From contig OZ237762.1 of assembly GCA_965178125.1 (NCBI GenBank), positions 682,001-746,000 of the forward strand: 64,000 bases of DNA. Direction: 5' to 3'. Made by a program: the position numbers and the translations under genes. Position 1 is the first letter of the stretch, and the number at the start of each line of letters is the position of its first letter. Of the stretch, positions 1 to 12,525 are shown in pieces. The notes under the pieces were generated by a model. It did no database searches. It was not told the DNA's origin and saw only the letters and a program-made list of their open reading frames with translations. Source of the DNA: Bilabrum cf. latius (Eukaryota).

Positions 1-1
1 C

Positions 2-361
2 CGCCAGGCCAACCTGTTCGAGAGCGACCTGCCCAACGTGATCCACCTGGACAACGCCGCCATCCAGGAGGAGTTCCCCCTGTACTTCACCCGCGCCACC
101 AACCACTTCATCAAGTCCATCCCGTTCCGTGCGGTGTTCGGAACCGTGGACCAGCTTGAGAGGGACGGCGGGCGCCGGTTCATCGGGGCTGGAGCCCTCA
201 ACGGGACTGAGGTGACCGGCCTGTATACTGCATGGGCACTCGGCATTGGGGAGCGCGCTGAGCTCGCCATCCTGCCCGATGCCACTACCGCGCAGGCTGC
301 CTCGGTCGTGCCGGTCGAAGGCCTGGCCGCCATCGATGCCGTCGTTTCGAAATCGGAGTGA
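2..361 (+). CDS. 3' end of a hypothetical protein (5'-truncated by the window)
   Basis: Open frame from position 2 (RQANLFESDLPNVIHLD...) with strong C/G-ending codon bias, ending in TGA at 359-361; no family recognised. Confidence 0.7.
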   Translation, partial: RQANLFESDLPNVIHLDNAAIQEEFPLYFTRATNHFIKSIPFRAVFGTVDQLERDGGRRFIGAGALNGTEVTGLYTAWALGIGERAELAILPDATTAQAASVVPVEGLAAIDAVVSKSE

Positions 362-1254
362 TTTTCGCGGCTCACTAGCAGGGGCAAGGTGACCACAGAC
401 TTACGCTGAGGCGTGGGAATTGTTGTCCGCCCGTGCTCTTGATTTCTTCGTGAATTGAACGCTGCCTAGGAGTTGCAGATGCACCTCCAAGCAGTCCTAG
501 ACGACAAATCAGGAACACTCTTTACGCATAAGATAAGCAATTTTACAACGTGCCGTGCAACCGTTCAATGTGGAGACTGTATCTTGGAGACAGTAGTATC
601 CTTAGACCTGTGCCACGTTCACGGGGATGCGAAGCCCATTCTTCTGTACAGTTAGTGGTCACGGTCTAGTTTGTGTGCACGCGCACGGCATACAACCTTT
701 TCGCACAAACTCCATGAATGACTCTTACCATTTTGGGTGAACGGGCTGTATTTGATGATCGCATTGCGATCATCCCGAACCGAAGCTTCGCGAAGGCACC
801 AGCACTGCCACTGGTCGGTCGCTCGCGGAAACTGGCGCAAATTGTCAATTTCACTCGACAACAATCGCATTGAATTGCCTGTAAGTTACAATATGCAACC
901 AATGAAAGGAGGCCCACGATGTGGTGGTGGGCTTGGGGCTGGGGGAGCGACGTCTCCGGCGGAGATCCGGGAAGGATCGGCGCATCAACAAGCAGCGCAG
1001 GGTACGACACCAGTAAGTGATGGACTGGGGGTGCATATTTCTACAAGAACATATTAAGGGCTTGGTCATTTCGCCGATCCAAGGCTACACTGTGCGTGGG
1101 GCCTGTCGTCATATGGCAGTTTCGCTTCCGCACAGCCTGACTGAAGCCGCATCTCTCGCGAAAACCGAAGTCTAAGTCATCAATCATGCTATTATACATA
1201 TACATTATTACATCGCAGGTTCATTATATGTTGCTGACGGACAACTACGCCGCA

Positions 1255-3024
1255 ATGGCTGCCACGGGCTACCAACCAGCCACAATTGACGCGAGGGCGC
1301 TCCGGCGCGGCCCGTCACCATTAGCCAGCGCTGGCGGGCGGCAGGCAGTCAAATCCTCGAATACAACCCATACCGTGCATCTCAAAAGCAGGGGCTGCAA
1401 TCGTCTCCAGGGGGCTGGAATCCAACTTGCGACCATTGGCAGCGGCTCCGGTCGCAAAGCCGCGACGATGGCTCGCGATGCTTGCAGCGAGGCATGCCTG
1501 CCTCACCCAGAGTCGCAGGCGGGACAAATCTGCGCCAGAGCAGACACATCTAAATCCGATTCGCGTGTTCCGGGCGCGCACACAAGCAGGCTGCGCGAAC
1601 TGGGAAGGCTGGCAGCAGCCGAAGCAGCTAGTGGCACGGCACCGGCAGGCCAGCGCACGACCGCCCCACCTGCAGCGCAGGGCGCGTCGATGCCACCGGC
1701 GGCGAGCAGCTCAGCGGCATCAAGGTGCTTGGACCAGGTATCCTCGGTGGTCTCCCGAAGTTCTGCCGCCAGGGAACACCAAGCTACAAGCCCGAGCCCG
1801 AGCCCGAGCCCGAGCCCAAGCGTCTGCAAAAGCTCGGGCCGTGGCCGGACCCTGCGGCGCAAGGCACAGTCCAAGAAGACCACGCATTTCCAGCGCTGGC
1901 TTCAGCTCGAAGACGAGCAGAACCAGCGCAAGAAATCGGAGCTTATGCTGCAGCTGCAGTAGCTCCAGCGGCAGTCTCACACTACGGCCAGGTACTCGGC
2001 ACCTGCGACTGGCCAGCAGCCCGGGTGGGTTCTTCACCAGGCAGGTGCGCCTCCTCTACGACTGCCAGGCGGCCAACCGCAGGCGCACCCCCAGATGCTG
2101 CACCGTGTGGGTGTTCGTCACGCCACGGGCTCTAATGCCAGTGCCAATGGCTAGTCCCCCGGGATTGCTGGCCGGGCCCTGTCCGACACCCCTCAGTGGT
2201 TCCTGTCGGTGCCGATGCCCAAAGGTTCACGAAGGTTCTATGCCGGCCAGGAGATCGACCCGGCCAGGCATCATCCGGCGTGGGCAGAGTGCAGGTACCC
2301 GGACGGTCAGCTGATGGGCGTCGGGGTCGGTTGTGTGTCCGGCCCCATCGCAGACTAGCTCCAGAGACGGGGGGCTATTTGGCAGTGGCACAAGCCTCGG
2401 GTCTACGGGCCTTCGCATACCGCCAGAATGAGAGAAAAATATATTTCGGGCGGTTCAACCGGTGGTTCCAAACCGACGCTTGGATCGGGAGCACCTGCTG
2501 GCAAGCCGGGCCCAGCGCAGCATCATGATGATCCTGCCAAAAACGCATCAAACACCGGCTCGCAAGCTGCTTCGGGGACCACCCTGCGATGCGACACCAT
2601 CGCGCCCAAGGTAGCCGGGGCGGAGCTTTCATCCTGCCACAGCAAGGATGTTCAGTCATCACAGTGGGCCAGCCAGAAAAGTGGGTTGCCAAAGCAGGGA
2701 AATCGGAGGAGCAGTGGCCGAGAGCAGAGCCCGTCGCTGTGCGCAACCGGCAGTGTGTGCGGCAGCTCGGCTGCAAGCGTCGTAATCAGCCCTTCCAGCG
2801 ACCGGGGTGAGATATTTGGGGCAGATATGTCTAATGTGGAGCAAATATCAGCGGGAGAACTTGGAGATGGCGTCCACGACACCCACGGCACGACCCGAGA
2901 TTCGTCTCCGGCATCGTGTGGACCGAGCTACCAAGACATGGCTCAGATCGGCCAAAAGCGCCCCAGATCGCTTGGCCTGCAGTCATTGGGCCCAGCTGAT
3001 GCGAAGCAAAGGCGGGCGAAGTGA
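1255..3024 (+). CDS. Hypothetical low-complexity protein (~589 aa with TAG=Gln)
   Basis: ORFs 1186..1962 and 2428..3024 share a frame. The gap contains only TAG (1960, 2152, 2356), and 1960 sits in LQLQ*LQRQ. Ends in TGA. The start ATG is uncertain. Confidence 0.6.
1789..1821 (+). repeat. (AGCCCG)n coding microsatellite encoding Ser-Pro repeats
   Basis: agcccgagcccgagcccgagcccgagcccaagc read directly. Confidence 0.85.
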
Positions 3025-3271
3025 AACGGTTGGTGTTTTGCTCTGCAGTTGCACTTGCTACAATTTGGCTGCAAATTACATGGGGAGGCAGTCAAGTGAG
3101 TAATGCTAAACCAATGCAGCTTTTCTTTATTATTATTGGTACGCTCCTTTGTATGGTTGCTTCGGAGAAACATGAATTGGAACCAACAGTTTACAAGGAT
3201 CGGACATGATCTGATAAAACCCCACACTAAGGCCTAGCAGAAGAGCACACTCGTTCGCGATATGAAATAAG

Positions 3272-6200
3272 TCACCCAAGCCCAGCGCCACTTGCTGGAC
3301 CATCAGAAGCCTGCATCTCCCCACTGCCGGCATCTTCACGTGCTCCCTCGCCAACCGTGCCGCCGCCGCCACTCAGCAAGTCAACCGCGCCAAACTTCCG
3401 ACCCTTGCCCCTCCGGAGCGTCCGCTGCAGCTGCACCAGCACGCTCCGCTCCACCTCTCCAGCCAGGTGACCGGCCGCCTCCTCCACGTCCTGCGCGTCC
3501 AACTGGAGCAGAGCATCCGCGCACAGCTGCATGAGCCTCCTTCCCGCCTGCCCCTGGTACGCAGCAAAGCAGTAGATGCCAAGCACGCTCTCGGGATCGC
3601 TCATGTCAAACGACCTCAGCATCAGCCTCTCGCACATGCTGGCCAGCCTCGGCAGCACGTGCAGGTTGGCGAGCGTCAGCAGGGCGGGGACGTCGTCTGG
3701 CTCCAGCCGAGCCAGCGAGTCATCGTACAGGAACCGCACGAACGCCTCCGTCACCTCCCTCCCTGCGTCCTCCATGCCCACAGGCACGCGGGCGGCTCTG
3801 CTCTCCGCCATGCCCGCGTCGAACAATGACCGGAAGTAGGGTGACCTGGCCGCCAGGATGGCTCGGTGGGCAGGGATGGCCACGGACTCGTCGCCTGCGA
3901 CCACCACGACGTCGCAGCCGGCCACGTGCGCCAGCGACACAGGCACAAACGGACTGACTGCATCGTCACCACCGGCAGCAGCGTCGTCCATACCGCCGCC
4001 CACACCGTCCTCATCCTCATCACCACCTCCGCTGCCCGCAGCTGCTGCTGCTGCTGCCGTCATCATCCCACCCGCATCCGCGCTGGCCTTCTCAGCGATG
4101 GCCGCCTTCTCCTGCTCCACCACGGCCTCGTTTCGAAGAATGCCCGTCCGGAGGTGCGCCCGAATCGCCGGCGATGCGTGCCCAATCGTGGGCGACCGGT
4201 TGACAGACACCCCACCGCCGCGGGACATCTTGCACAGCTCCACCAGCTTGCCTAGGCGAAGCGCCTCTACTCCGCCATCCAGCACTTCTCTGGACTCGAG
4301 AGGGGGCGGACCCTTCCTCTTCGCCGTCTTGGAGGACTTCTTGCTCTTCTTCTTCGGGTCCTTCGAGCCGCCACCGCCCCCGTGCATCCGGTCCGCTTTC
4401 AGCTCCTTGACGGTTTCCTTCTCGGCGACCTTGCGGGCCTCTTCTCTCTCGGCCTCCTCCTCGGTTACATGCAGCCCCAGCAGCGTGGCCAGCTCCAGCA
4501 CGTCCTGCACCCGCTCCGCAGGCACCTCGATCCCGCCAGTGTATATGTACTCCAAGATGAGCTTCAGCAGCTCGCCATCCATGTCCTCTTCGATCTCCAT
4601 AACGCCATCCGGGGGGTCCAGAGGAGGCATCAGCAGCGACGCGCCCTTGGTGGGGTCGGCAACGGGACCCCCTCCTCCCACGCTGCATGCACCCATGCTC
4701 GAGGCCCGCTGCAGGGCCGCCATGGCCGCCGCTTCGGCATCTCTCTCCGTCATAAATCCATCGTCCCCATCGTGCAGTGCACCCTCCGGGTGGTCACCGT
4801 CTGCATCAGTGCCGTCCTATGCGCCGGTCGTCACCGTGGCCACAGTGTACCCAGCGTCCTCTCCCACGTGCTCTGCAAGGTCCGCCAGCAGCGCCTTCCT
4901 GAACTGCTCCTCTTCGTCCACCTCTTCCTCTTCCACCTCCTCTTCGTCCACATCTTCCTCGTCTTCCTCTCCGTCACCTGACGCGTCACTGTCGCTGTCA
5001 TCGTCGCTGTCATCCTCCAGCGCGAGCTCGTGGAACTCGCGGAACACACGCCTGAAGTAGGGCAAGAACAGCGTGAGAATCGACCGGTGTGCCGGGACAG
5101 TCTGCCCCCCGCGGCACCGGATCAGCACGTCCACAAGCAGCTACTCCTCCCATAGCCTCGCGATATCCATGTTCAGCTGCGACGCGGCGATCCTCACGGT
5201 CTGCTGATTGCAGTCGATCAAGAACGCCTTCTTGTTTGGCTTGGTGCTTCGGCGCTCTGCATCGGCCCACACTCCACCGAACACGATAAGCGAGCTGCCA
5301 AGCCGCTCGATAGAGCCCTGCGCTGCCACCGGGCTGATGTCAAGATGCGATGGCACCTCGGTAGCACCTGGCAATGCCTTCTTCTTCGCGACAAACTTCG
5401 GGTTCTTCACCTTTGTATGCAGCAGCTCCCAGCGACCCAGCACCCACGCGTCGCATGGGTGCAGCATGTCGCGCCGCTCCAGCTCAACCTTGACCGTATC
5501 GTCAATTGACCGCCGCAGCAACCGATTCAGTCGCTCGTTGTCTTCCCGCGCGTGAGCGGCTTTGGCCAACTCATCGGCGGTTATAAGCTCTCGGTCGCTG
5601 TTCTCTATCCTACGGAGCAATGCACGGTTCTTGTCCAGCTGCGCGCGGGCCTGAGCCATCTCACCCTCCACTGCAGCGCGCACCTCTGACGGGTCCATCG
5701 TTGCAGTGGTCATGTCCACCATGAGAGAGTACAGGCCTCCGAGGGGCGTCCCGTCTGCCATGCTGCCTCCAAACAGTAGCACCCCAGTGGCTCCTGGCAG
5801 CCTCGCGAGCATGGGATCGATCCTGGGTCTGACTTTCAGAGCCGCGGCCGGCAGCACGACGTTATACCACACCATACGCCGGCAGTCTAGCACGCGAGCA
5901 TCGGTCAGTCCCTGTCTCAGAGCCAAGGGCTCACCCCCTACCACCACCACGTTGTGCCCGCATGCAACCGCCCGGTGCTCCACCAGCCGTTTCGGGATGG
6001 CTCCGCTCGTGTAGACTCGCCTGGATTTGCTGCCAGTGGGGCTCACGTCCAGAATAGCGACCAAGTCCTTCTGCTTCACAGCGTAGGACACAGCATCCAC
6101 CGACAGCGACTGGGAATGGGTGGTTTTGAGCCGCAAGTGGACCACGCCGGGTAGGCTTAAGCCACCAAGGATCACGAACCGGCGCCCGCCCGGCAGCCGA

Positions 6201-8401
6201 ATAGACACAGACCCGTATCGCTTCTCGAGATTTTCCGTGTAATAGTCACTCGTCACATGCAGCTTCGTAATGGTGCACCTGTCGCGCCGCACTGAGCCCC
6301 CCTGCGGTGTTTCGACACGGTCTGCCGTCACCTTCAGCTTGAAGAACCCAGGGGTATGGGAGCGCCTGTCGGCGTGTATCAGTACCTCGCCGTTGCTCAT
6401 GGGGTGAGCAAAGTGATGGCGGAGCCACGGATAACGATCGAGCGTCGACATGCGCTCAATCTAGACCCACTGGTGTGTGCCCGACCCGGGCGCGATGCTC
6501 AAGAGGTGCCTCCGATTGGGCTCACCATACACATACAGTCTCCCCTGCAGCACAAAGGTGGCAGCATCCCGATACATGTCAGGGAAGTTGGACCCCAGCA
6601 CTGACGTCGTGACCATCTCTTTGTTGATGCCCACACCGGCCACACCTTTCTGCAACACCTCCGTGCCTCGGACCAGATTGCCTGCTCCGACAGTAAACAG
6701 AGCAGTATCAGTGGGTGCCACAAGGCTCTTGGCTGCCTGCTTCCTCCTCTTCTTGATGCCTTTCCCCGCAGTGTCCTCCAGAAGTGTCTGCTCTCTCCGC
6801 AGGGTTGGCGACTCAAGGTCTGTTGTCAGACCACCATGGCCTGAGGGCGCGGTGGAATCGTCTTGCTGGCGCTCGTACGCGTCTACAGACATGCCGGCTT
6901 GCTTGGCTCTGGCTTTCGTGTCTGCTCTCGCAGCTGCATGCAGGCAATGCCTGAGCGCCTCCTCTACAAGCCTGCCCATCCATCCAGGCATCAGTCTCTC
7001 CATGTGATGCTCGTCCGCGCACTTCTGGGCCTCTTTTCGGACATGCCCCACGGCAACTTGCTCCAGGGATCGACTCAGCGAGCCCAGCATCGCAGGTGAG
7101 ATCCAGCCCTGATCGCTGTCGGCAGCTGGAATGGCCGTGCCGACGGACCCGCCGCCCACCAGAGCGGCTGCTGCCCGCCTCGCCGCCGCACTGTCCACCA
7201 CTTCCAGCCTCACCTTCGGCCTCCTCTCGGGTTCTCCAAAGGACTGCATCGGGATGTGGGCCAAAAACCCGCTCTTGTCTGTCCTGACGAGTGCCCTGAC
7301 GGACAGCACCAACCCCTTGCGGGGCTCGTCGGTCAGCGACAGCCTGCACCCAGGGAACCTTCGCTGCGCCTCCACGAGTTCCTTTCGGAAGCCCGACAGC
7401 ACCTGCTCATCCTGCAACATGTATGCCATTGCCTTCCCGAGTGGAGCTGCCTGGTCAAGGGCGGAGTCCTGCCGCACCATGGATGCGGCTGCTCCTGACT
7501 TGGCCCCTGCCCCCGCTGATGCCCCTCTCCCTCTCCCTGCCTACGCCGCTGCACCAGCGCCGACGCCAGCAGCATCAGTCGCACTGCTTCGCGCCTGCAG
7601 TCCTCCGCGCCCTGTGTCGCGGCGCCCCGCTGCGGAACCACTGGAGGTTGCAACCGGTTCCGAAGCCTCCCGCAGCTTCTGCGCCGCTTGCGACGACCGT
7701 TCCCGCTGAGGCGGGGGTGCAGCAAGCTTACCCTGCAGCTTGGTCTTGGTCTGCATTCTGGCACTCCCGGCGCCTTCTCCGGTGCCAGTGCCGGTGCCTT
7801 CGCGATCGTCGGAGCCGGCACCGCTCGAAGCATGTGCGTGCTCGCTGCTCGGCGGCTTCTGGCCACTGCCTCCACGACGGCGCCGCCTGCCTTTTCCTCT
7901 GCGACCGCGGCCTCTAGCCACACCTTCTCCTCGCGATTCTCGCTGCGGATCCTCTAGGATGTCCATCAGCCCTGCCATCGTGCCGGTCTCTGCTCCGAGG
8001 TCGTCGCCCGCCGAAGATCCGTGCGAGATCGCGCGACCAAGAATCTCCTTGCCTATGTGACCCAGGCTGCCACTCACCGATTCATCAATATCCACTTCGT
8101 CAGACCTGCCTCCACCGAATGGAAATGAGGCAGGCCCAGCCTTGGATTTAGCTGCCGCCATGCGAGACAGGCCGCGCAGCAGGCCCGCCAGACCATCCGA
8201 TATCGCTTCATCCGATGCACCCATATCGTGCAAGAATGGCTGGACCAGATCGTGCACAAACTCTTCATCTGGGTCTTCCGTCCCGAGGTCCTCAAGGTAG
8301 CTCTCTAAAGCGGAGGCCATATACTCGACTGCATCGTCGTGCTCAGGAGAAGGCGTGAGGCCAAACGAGTGTGACACAAGAGAGTGATACCTGTGGCTCA
8401 T
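3272..8401 (-). CDS. Kelch-repeat plus tandem BTB/POZ protein (LZTR1-like architecture), ~1709 aa with TAG=Gln
   Basis: Five same-frame ORF pieces joined by TAG at 7541, 6461, 5141 and 4817; ends in TGA at 3272. Kelch-like GG motifs (FVILGG, VVVVGG, LLFGG, LIVFGG). Two BTB starts: DVLIRCRGGQTVPAHRSIL and CDVVVVAGDESVAIPAHRAILAARSPYFRSLF. Confidence 0.85.
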
Positions 8402-8541
8402 TCTGAGCTGCGTAAATAATAGGGATCTTTTCGTGCCTTGACAAATTACATTCTCGCCGGCTGGCGCCGCGCCAAGCCCTGGCCGCCGAAATGCGGAACC
8501 GGAACCTTTTCCGTCCCTATTCGCCAGTGAACCCCCACGAT
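8402..8541. promoter_or_regulatory. Short divergent (bidirectional) intergenic region
   Basis: About 140 bp between the inferred head-to-head ATGs at 8401(-) and 8542(+); depends on the start choices. Confidence 0.45.
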
Positions 8542-11500
8542 ATGAGTATGGCATCAGAAGATAGTGTCTCAATCATTCTTATTTGCTCAGCATTTGACCC
8601 CATCAACGTGGGAGAGATCCGGTTGGCGGCGGAGCTGCTTCGACACTGCAGATTTGATGGAGCTCTCATGGTTCCATTTGGTCGGGAGTACAGAAGCGTT
8701 GATCCAAGGCAAGATCCTGTCATGCGATTTTCTCTTGTTTCTGCAGCGGTCGATTCTGTTTTTTCAGATGACTTTAACGTTCGATGCGTCTCAGTTGAGT
8801 GCGCCAGGCTTTCGACACCTGACATTCTATACAGGCTGCCTAGGCATTCAAGCGATTACGGGTCACCGAGAAAGATCGAATATACTTTTTGCTTGCTGGG
8901 TTTTATGCAAAAAGTCATGGTTCGCGCGGGAGAGACGATCACACCGACGAACATGGCTGCACTACGCGTTTGCGAGGGCCGTGTCCTAGACGTGAAAGCA
9001 CGCGTCAAATCAATCTAGCGAAACGATTTGCATGGTTCGTCCGCCTCTGAAGATAAAACTGAAGCAAGTGTAGCTGCGAATGGCGAGCTTCCCTGTAGAG
9101 CCTCGAAACGGGGTGGCACTCACCCGAAGAAGCGGTAGAAGTGTGGGAATCCGAAGCACTGGGTGTACCCAACGACCGACACCGTCCACACAACGTACAA
9201 GTTCAGCCCATTGCCTACAGACTTGAGCGGACAGCGCCAGGGCAGTACGAGTAAGAGTAAGCAAAGTGCTGGTGCTGGCGCGCCCGTCCGCAGCCGAGGG
9301 TCGACTGCACTGGAGCCTCCGCTCCGAGGCAGCGGTGCGACGGCGAACAGCGCAGTGCAATGTCAAGACGGAGTCGGCTCCGCTGGTGGTCCGTAGCTTC
9401 CTTTCAAGGTATCCTCTGCAGAGCGTTCAAGCCCCAGCGAGGACTCCGCGGGGGCAGCTGCGACGTGCGCCAAGGAGGCCGGAAGGGATGGATTCGAATG
9501 GGGAGGCAGCACGCCACGAGGATACAACAGCGAGCCTTTGGTAGGTAGCCATCCTTCAAAGGGCCATCAATCGATGAATACCCCCCTAGCTAGTGAATCG
9601 CCTGGTGAACCATCCAATGGCAAGCTTTTGCGGGAAGCTCCTGCGCACCCCATGCCTTCGGGACAAACGCGGAGGGGCAGCATGAGAAGCACAGGGTCGT
9701 GGTGCATGTCGGGAACAGCACAGTCAGAAGCAGACCCGACTGTCTCGCAAGGCGCAGGCCCCGCAGACGCGCACGATCAAGTGGACAGCCGAGGGGCAAG
9801 CGACAAGAAGCGAAGACCGTGGCAAAGGAGCCACTCGGTGCACGGTGACATCACTGGTGCCGCGAAGAAAGTGGCAGAGAGCACGCTGTAGCGATCTGAG
9901 TCAGGTAGGTCCCTGTCGTTCAAGCTGCTTAGCTGGCAGCGAGGTCAACAACGGACAAGCACCCCAGGGAGGGCTCCAGGTGTTGCGGATGCTGATACCG
10001 GCAGAGAGGTTAACCTATCATCGGTGGCACCCAACCGTTCCAGCAAGGCCTCTGCGAAAGGAAAGCCGGAACTGAAGATTTCCCTCGGTGTTGCTCCCGG
10101 AGCACGGCCAGAGCATGCAAAGCGCATGCCGTCTGCTCGCGTGTCGGCCCAGCCGATGTGGGCGAAACGCGCCGGCTTGCCGATGCCTCGAACGGCTGTT
10201 GCTACGCACTACCAGACGAAGTTTTCCACTTCATCCGTGACATACCAGACCGTGCTCACCAGACTGCGGCAGACGCTGGCGCGCGCCGGGTCTCGATGGC
10301 AGCAGCACGTGATCCGCACTCGTGCTGAGCTCGGCATCGATGAAGGCCTGGGTCCGGCCGGACTAGTCAGGGCGAGATCGACGGCTACAGCTGCGTTGTC
10401 CCGCAGGCCGTCAGATCCTAGTCATGGTGGCCATGTCGGCAGGCGTGGAGTTCCACCCATGTCGCCCAAATGGCTCGCTAAGGAAGTAGCATTCGCGTTG
10501 TCTGGCATCGTGCCACCGCTGGTCGCTTCAGCGATAAGGAGGTATGGGCTGTACTGCCAGCTGCGGGCAGACTCTCTCACTCCTTGTCCTCTTCTAGAGG
10601 GAAGGGACATACACTGGCCCGGTGAAGCTGCGATAGCTCCTTTGCTACGAACCGTACCGCCACCGTACTAGGCGATGCTGCTGGGAGCGAGCGTAGTCGC
10701 CGAGTCATCCGATGGCGATGCCACAGAGGACGGCAGCATGCCTCCGAAGATCAGCACTATAGAAAGCGCCGGCCTTCGGAGGAGCTCAACGCAGAACGTC
10801 GCCGCGTCCGACCTGACATTGAGCAGCCCTTCGGACGCCATGCGATCGTTTCCTGTGACGGCTCCCACGTCCTGGCGCAGCCTGTTTCAAGTGAACGGAA
10901 GGTCAAAAGACAGGGACACCGTCGCCAGGAGCAAAGCGGCCTTTGTGGATCAAGAGCCTCCTGCCATCACTCCTGGGCTGCTTCCTAGTGCTGCATCCGA
11001 ATATGTGCTCGGTCGGCGCATCACCCATGACATTGCCGCGCAGGCTGTGCCCGGGGTGGACAAGAACGGTCGCGTTTCAAAATCTGAGCTGGACAAGCAA
11101 GCTGAATTTGGCCCTGGTACTGCCCTCAGTTCGAATGCAGCAAAGGTGTACCTGCAGCGCAACCACAGGTTTCACAGAGGTATTTCTGCGATGTCGCAGC
11201 GCAAGCGAATCGCAGTGCTTGGCGGTGCCTTCCATCCGCTCACCGAGGCTCACCTTCTGCTGGTTACTGAGATTTTGGCTGCCAATGCAGCCGATGAGGT
11301 CTGGGTCGTGCCGTGTGGAGCCAGACCGGACAAGGCGTCTCTCACCATGGACACGTACGAGAGGTTCGCCTCGTGTCTCTTGGCAGTCGAGTCGCACTTT
11401 CAGCCAGACCAGCCCGTGTTTGTGGTGCCTTTAGAGGTATTCACGCCAAAGGCTTTACCCACGTGGGAGCTTCTGTCGGTTTTGTCCAGCTTGCACCCGA

Positions 11501-12240
11501 TGGCCGACTTCAGCCTGATCATAGGCGCCGACAACCTAGAATCGCTAGAGCGATGGGCAAACGCGTTGCCACTGTTGCGATACTGTAGGTTCTTGTGCTG
11601 CCCACGCCCAGGCTACGAGAAGGTTGAGGGAGAAGTGCAGAAGTATCTTAATCGCAGGAGGTCGATTGAGTAGGACCGCAAGCTGAAGTCCCCTGTGACG
11701 CGTTCGTCCACTGCATATGCCGAAGAGCCCATCCAGGAAGGCGAAAGCGACGATGAGGATGAGGTCAGTCAGGCCGCGGCAGCAAGGGATGACTCAGTGT
11801 GGGGCATGAACGTTTTGAGCAGCACACCTGCTGCCATCGACGACGCACAGGCACTGTCCCCAGCGAAAGAAGGAAGCTGTACGACACCATCATAGTCTGC
11901 CAAGGATGCGGGAGTTGTTATTGATGGAATTGATTTTCCTTTCCCACGCCATGTTGATTTTGTGCGTTTGCCTGACGATGAGCCGGTCGCATCCCAGCAG
12001 CTATCCTCTTCCGAAATACGCAAGCGACTGGCCCTGCGTCGCGAGCGCAGGAGCAGCCACCGTGGGTCTGGGTCTGTATCTGGTGAGGTCGGGTCGGGCT
12101 CGAGGACGCCTGCAGCTTCCGGAAGTGGCGCTGAAAGCGACGCTGCTGGCCAGGAGGAGGCAGCCAGGCGCACCATGGTGCAAGGACTGGTGCCGCCCGT
12201 CCTGCTGACCCGCATCCTCAGGTATGATCAGTATAGGTGA
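8542..12240 (+). CDS. NadD/NMNAT-like nucleotidyltransferase with two tandem domains, ~1232 aa with TAG=Gln
   Basis: Seven same-frame pieces joined by TAG at 9016, 9136, 9394, 9889, 10669, 11671 and 11893; ends in TGA. Domain 2 has RIAVLGGAFHPLTEAH, LIIGADNL, LSSSEIRKRL and GLVPPVLLTRILRYDQY. Domain 1 is degenerate (SAFDPINVGE ... GIVPPLVASAIRRYGLY). Confidence 0.85.
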
Positions 12241-12525
12241 GGTGGGGCATTTGGCCGCATCCGGATTGGACACGTCTAGAATATGCTGTGCAGTGTACAG
12301 ACAGACTGTTGATTTGTTTGATAGCACGGGTACTGTTCATTTCCGTATTGGCGGGCACGAGAACAGGCATGGGGGCATATCCCAGACCCAAAACCTTTCC
12401 TTCCGTATATCAGGATCAGATCATTGCCCAAAGACAGGATGCTGCGGGGCCCCCATCCGGAATCCGGCATGGGACGCGCAGGGTCCGGACCTGGGGACTC
12501 GGTTTTACTTGCCGCATGCGCCAAA

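Noticed and set aside
3858-5060. Long antisense or overlapping ORFs (also 12424-13371, 33722-34840, 56064-57527)
   Set aside because: Shadow ORFs of GC-rich genes on the opposite strand, with no recognisable motifs.
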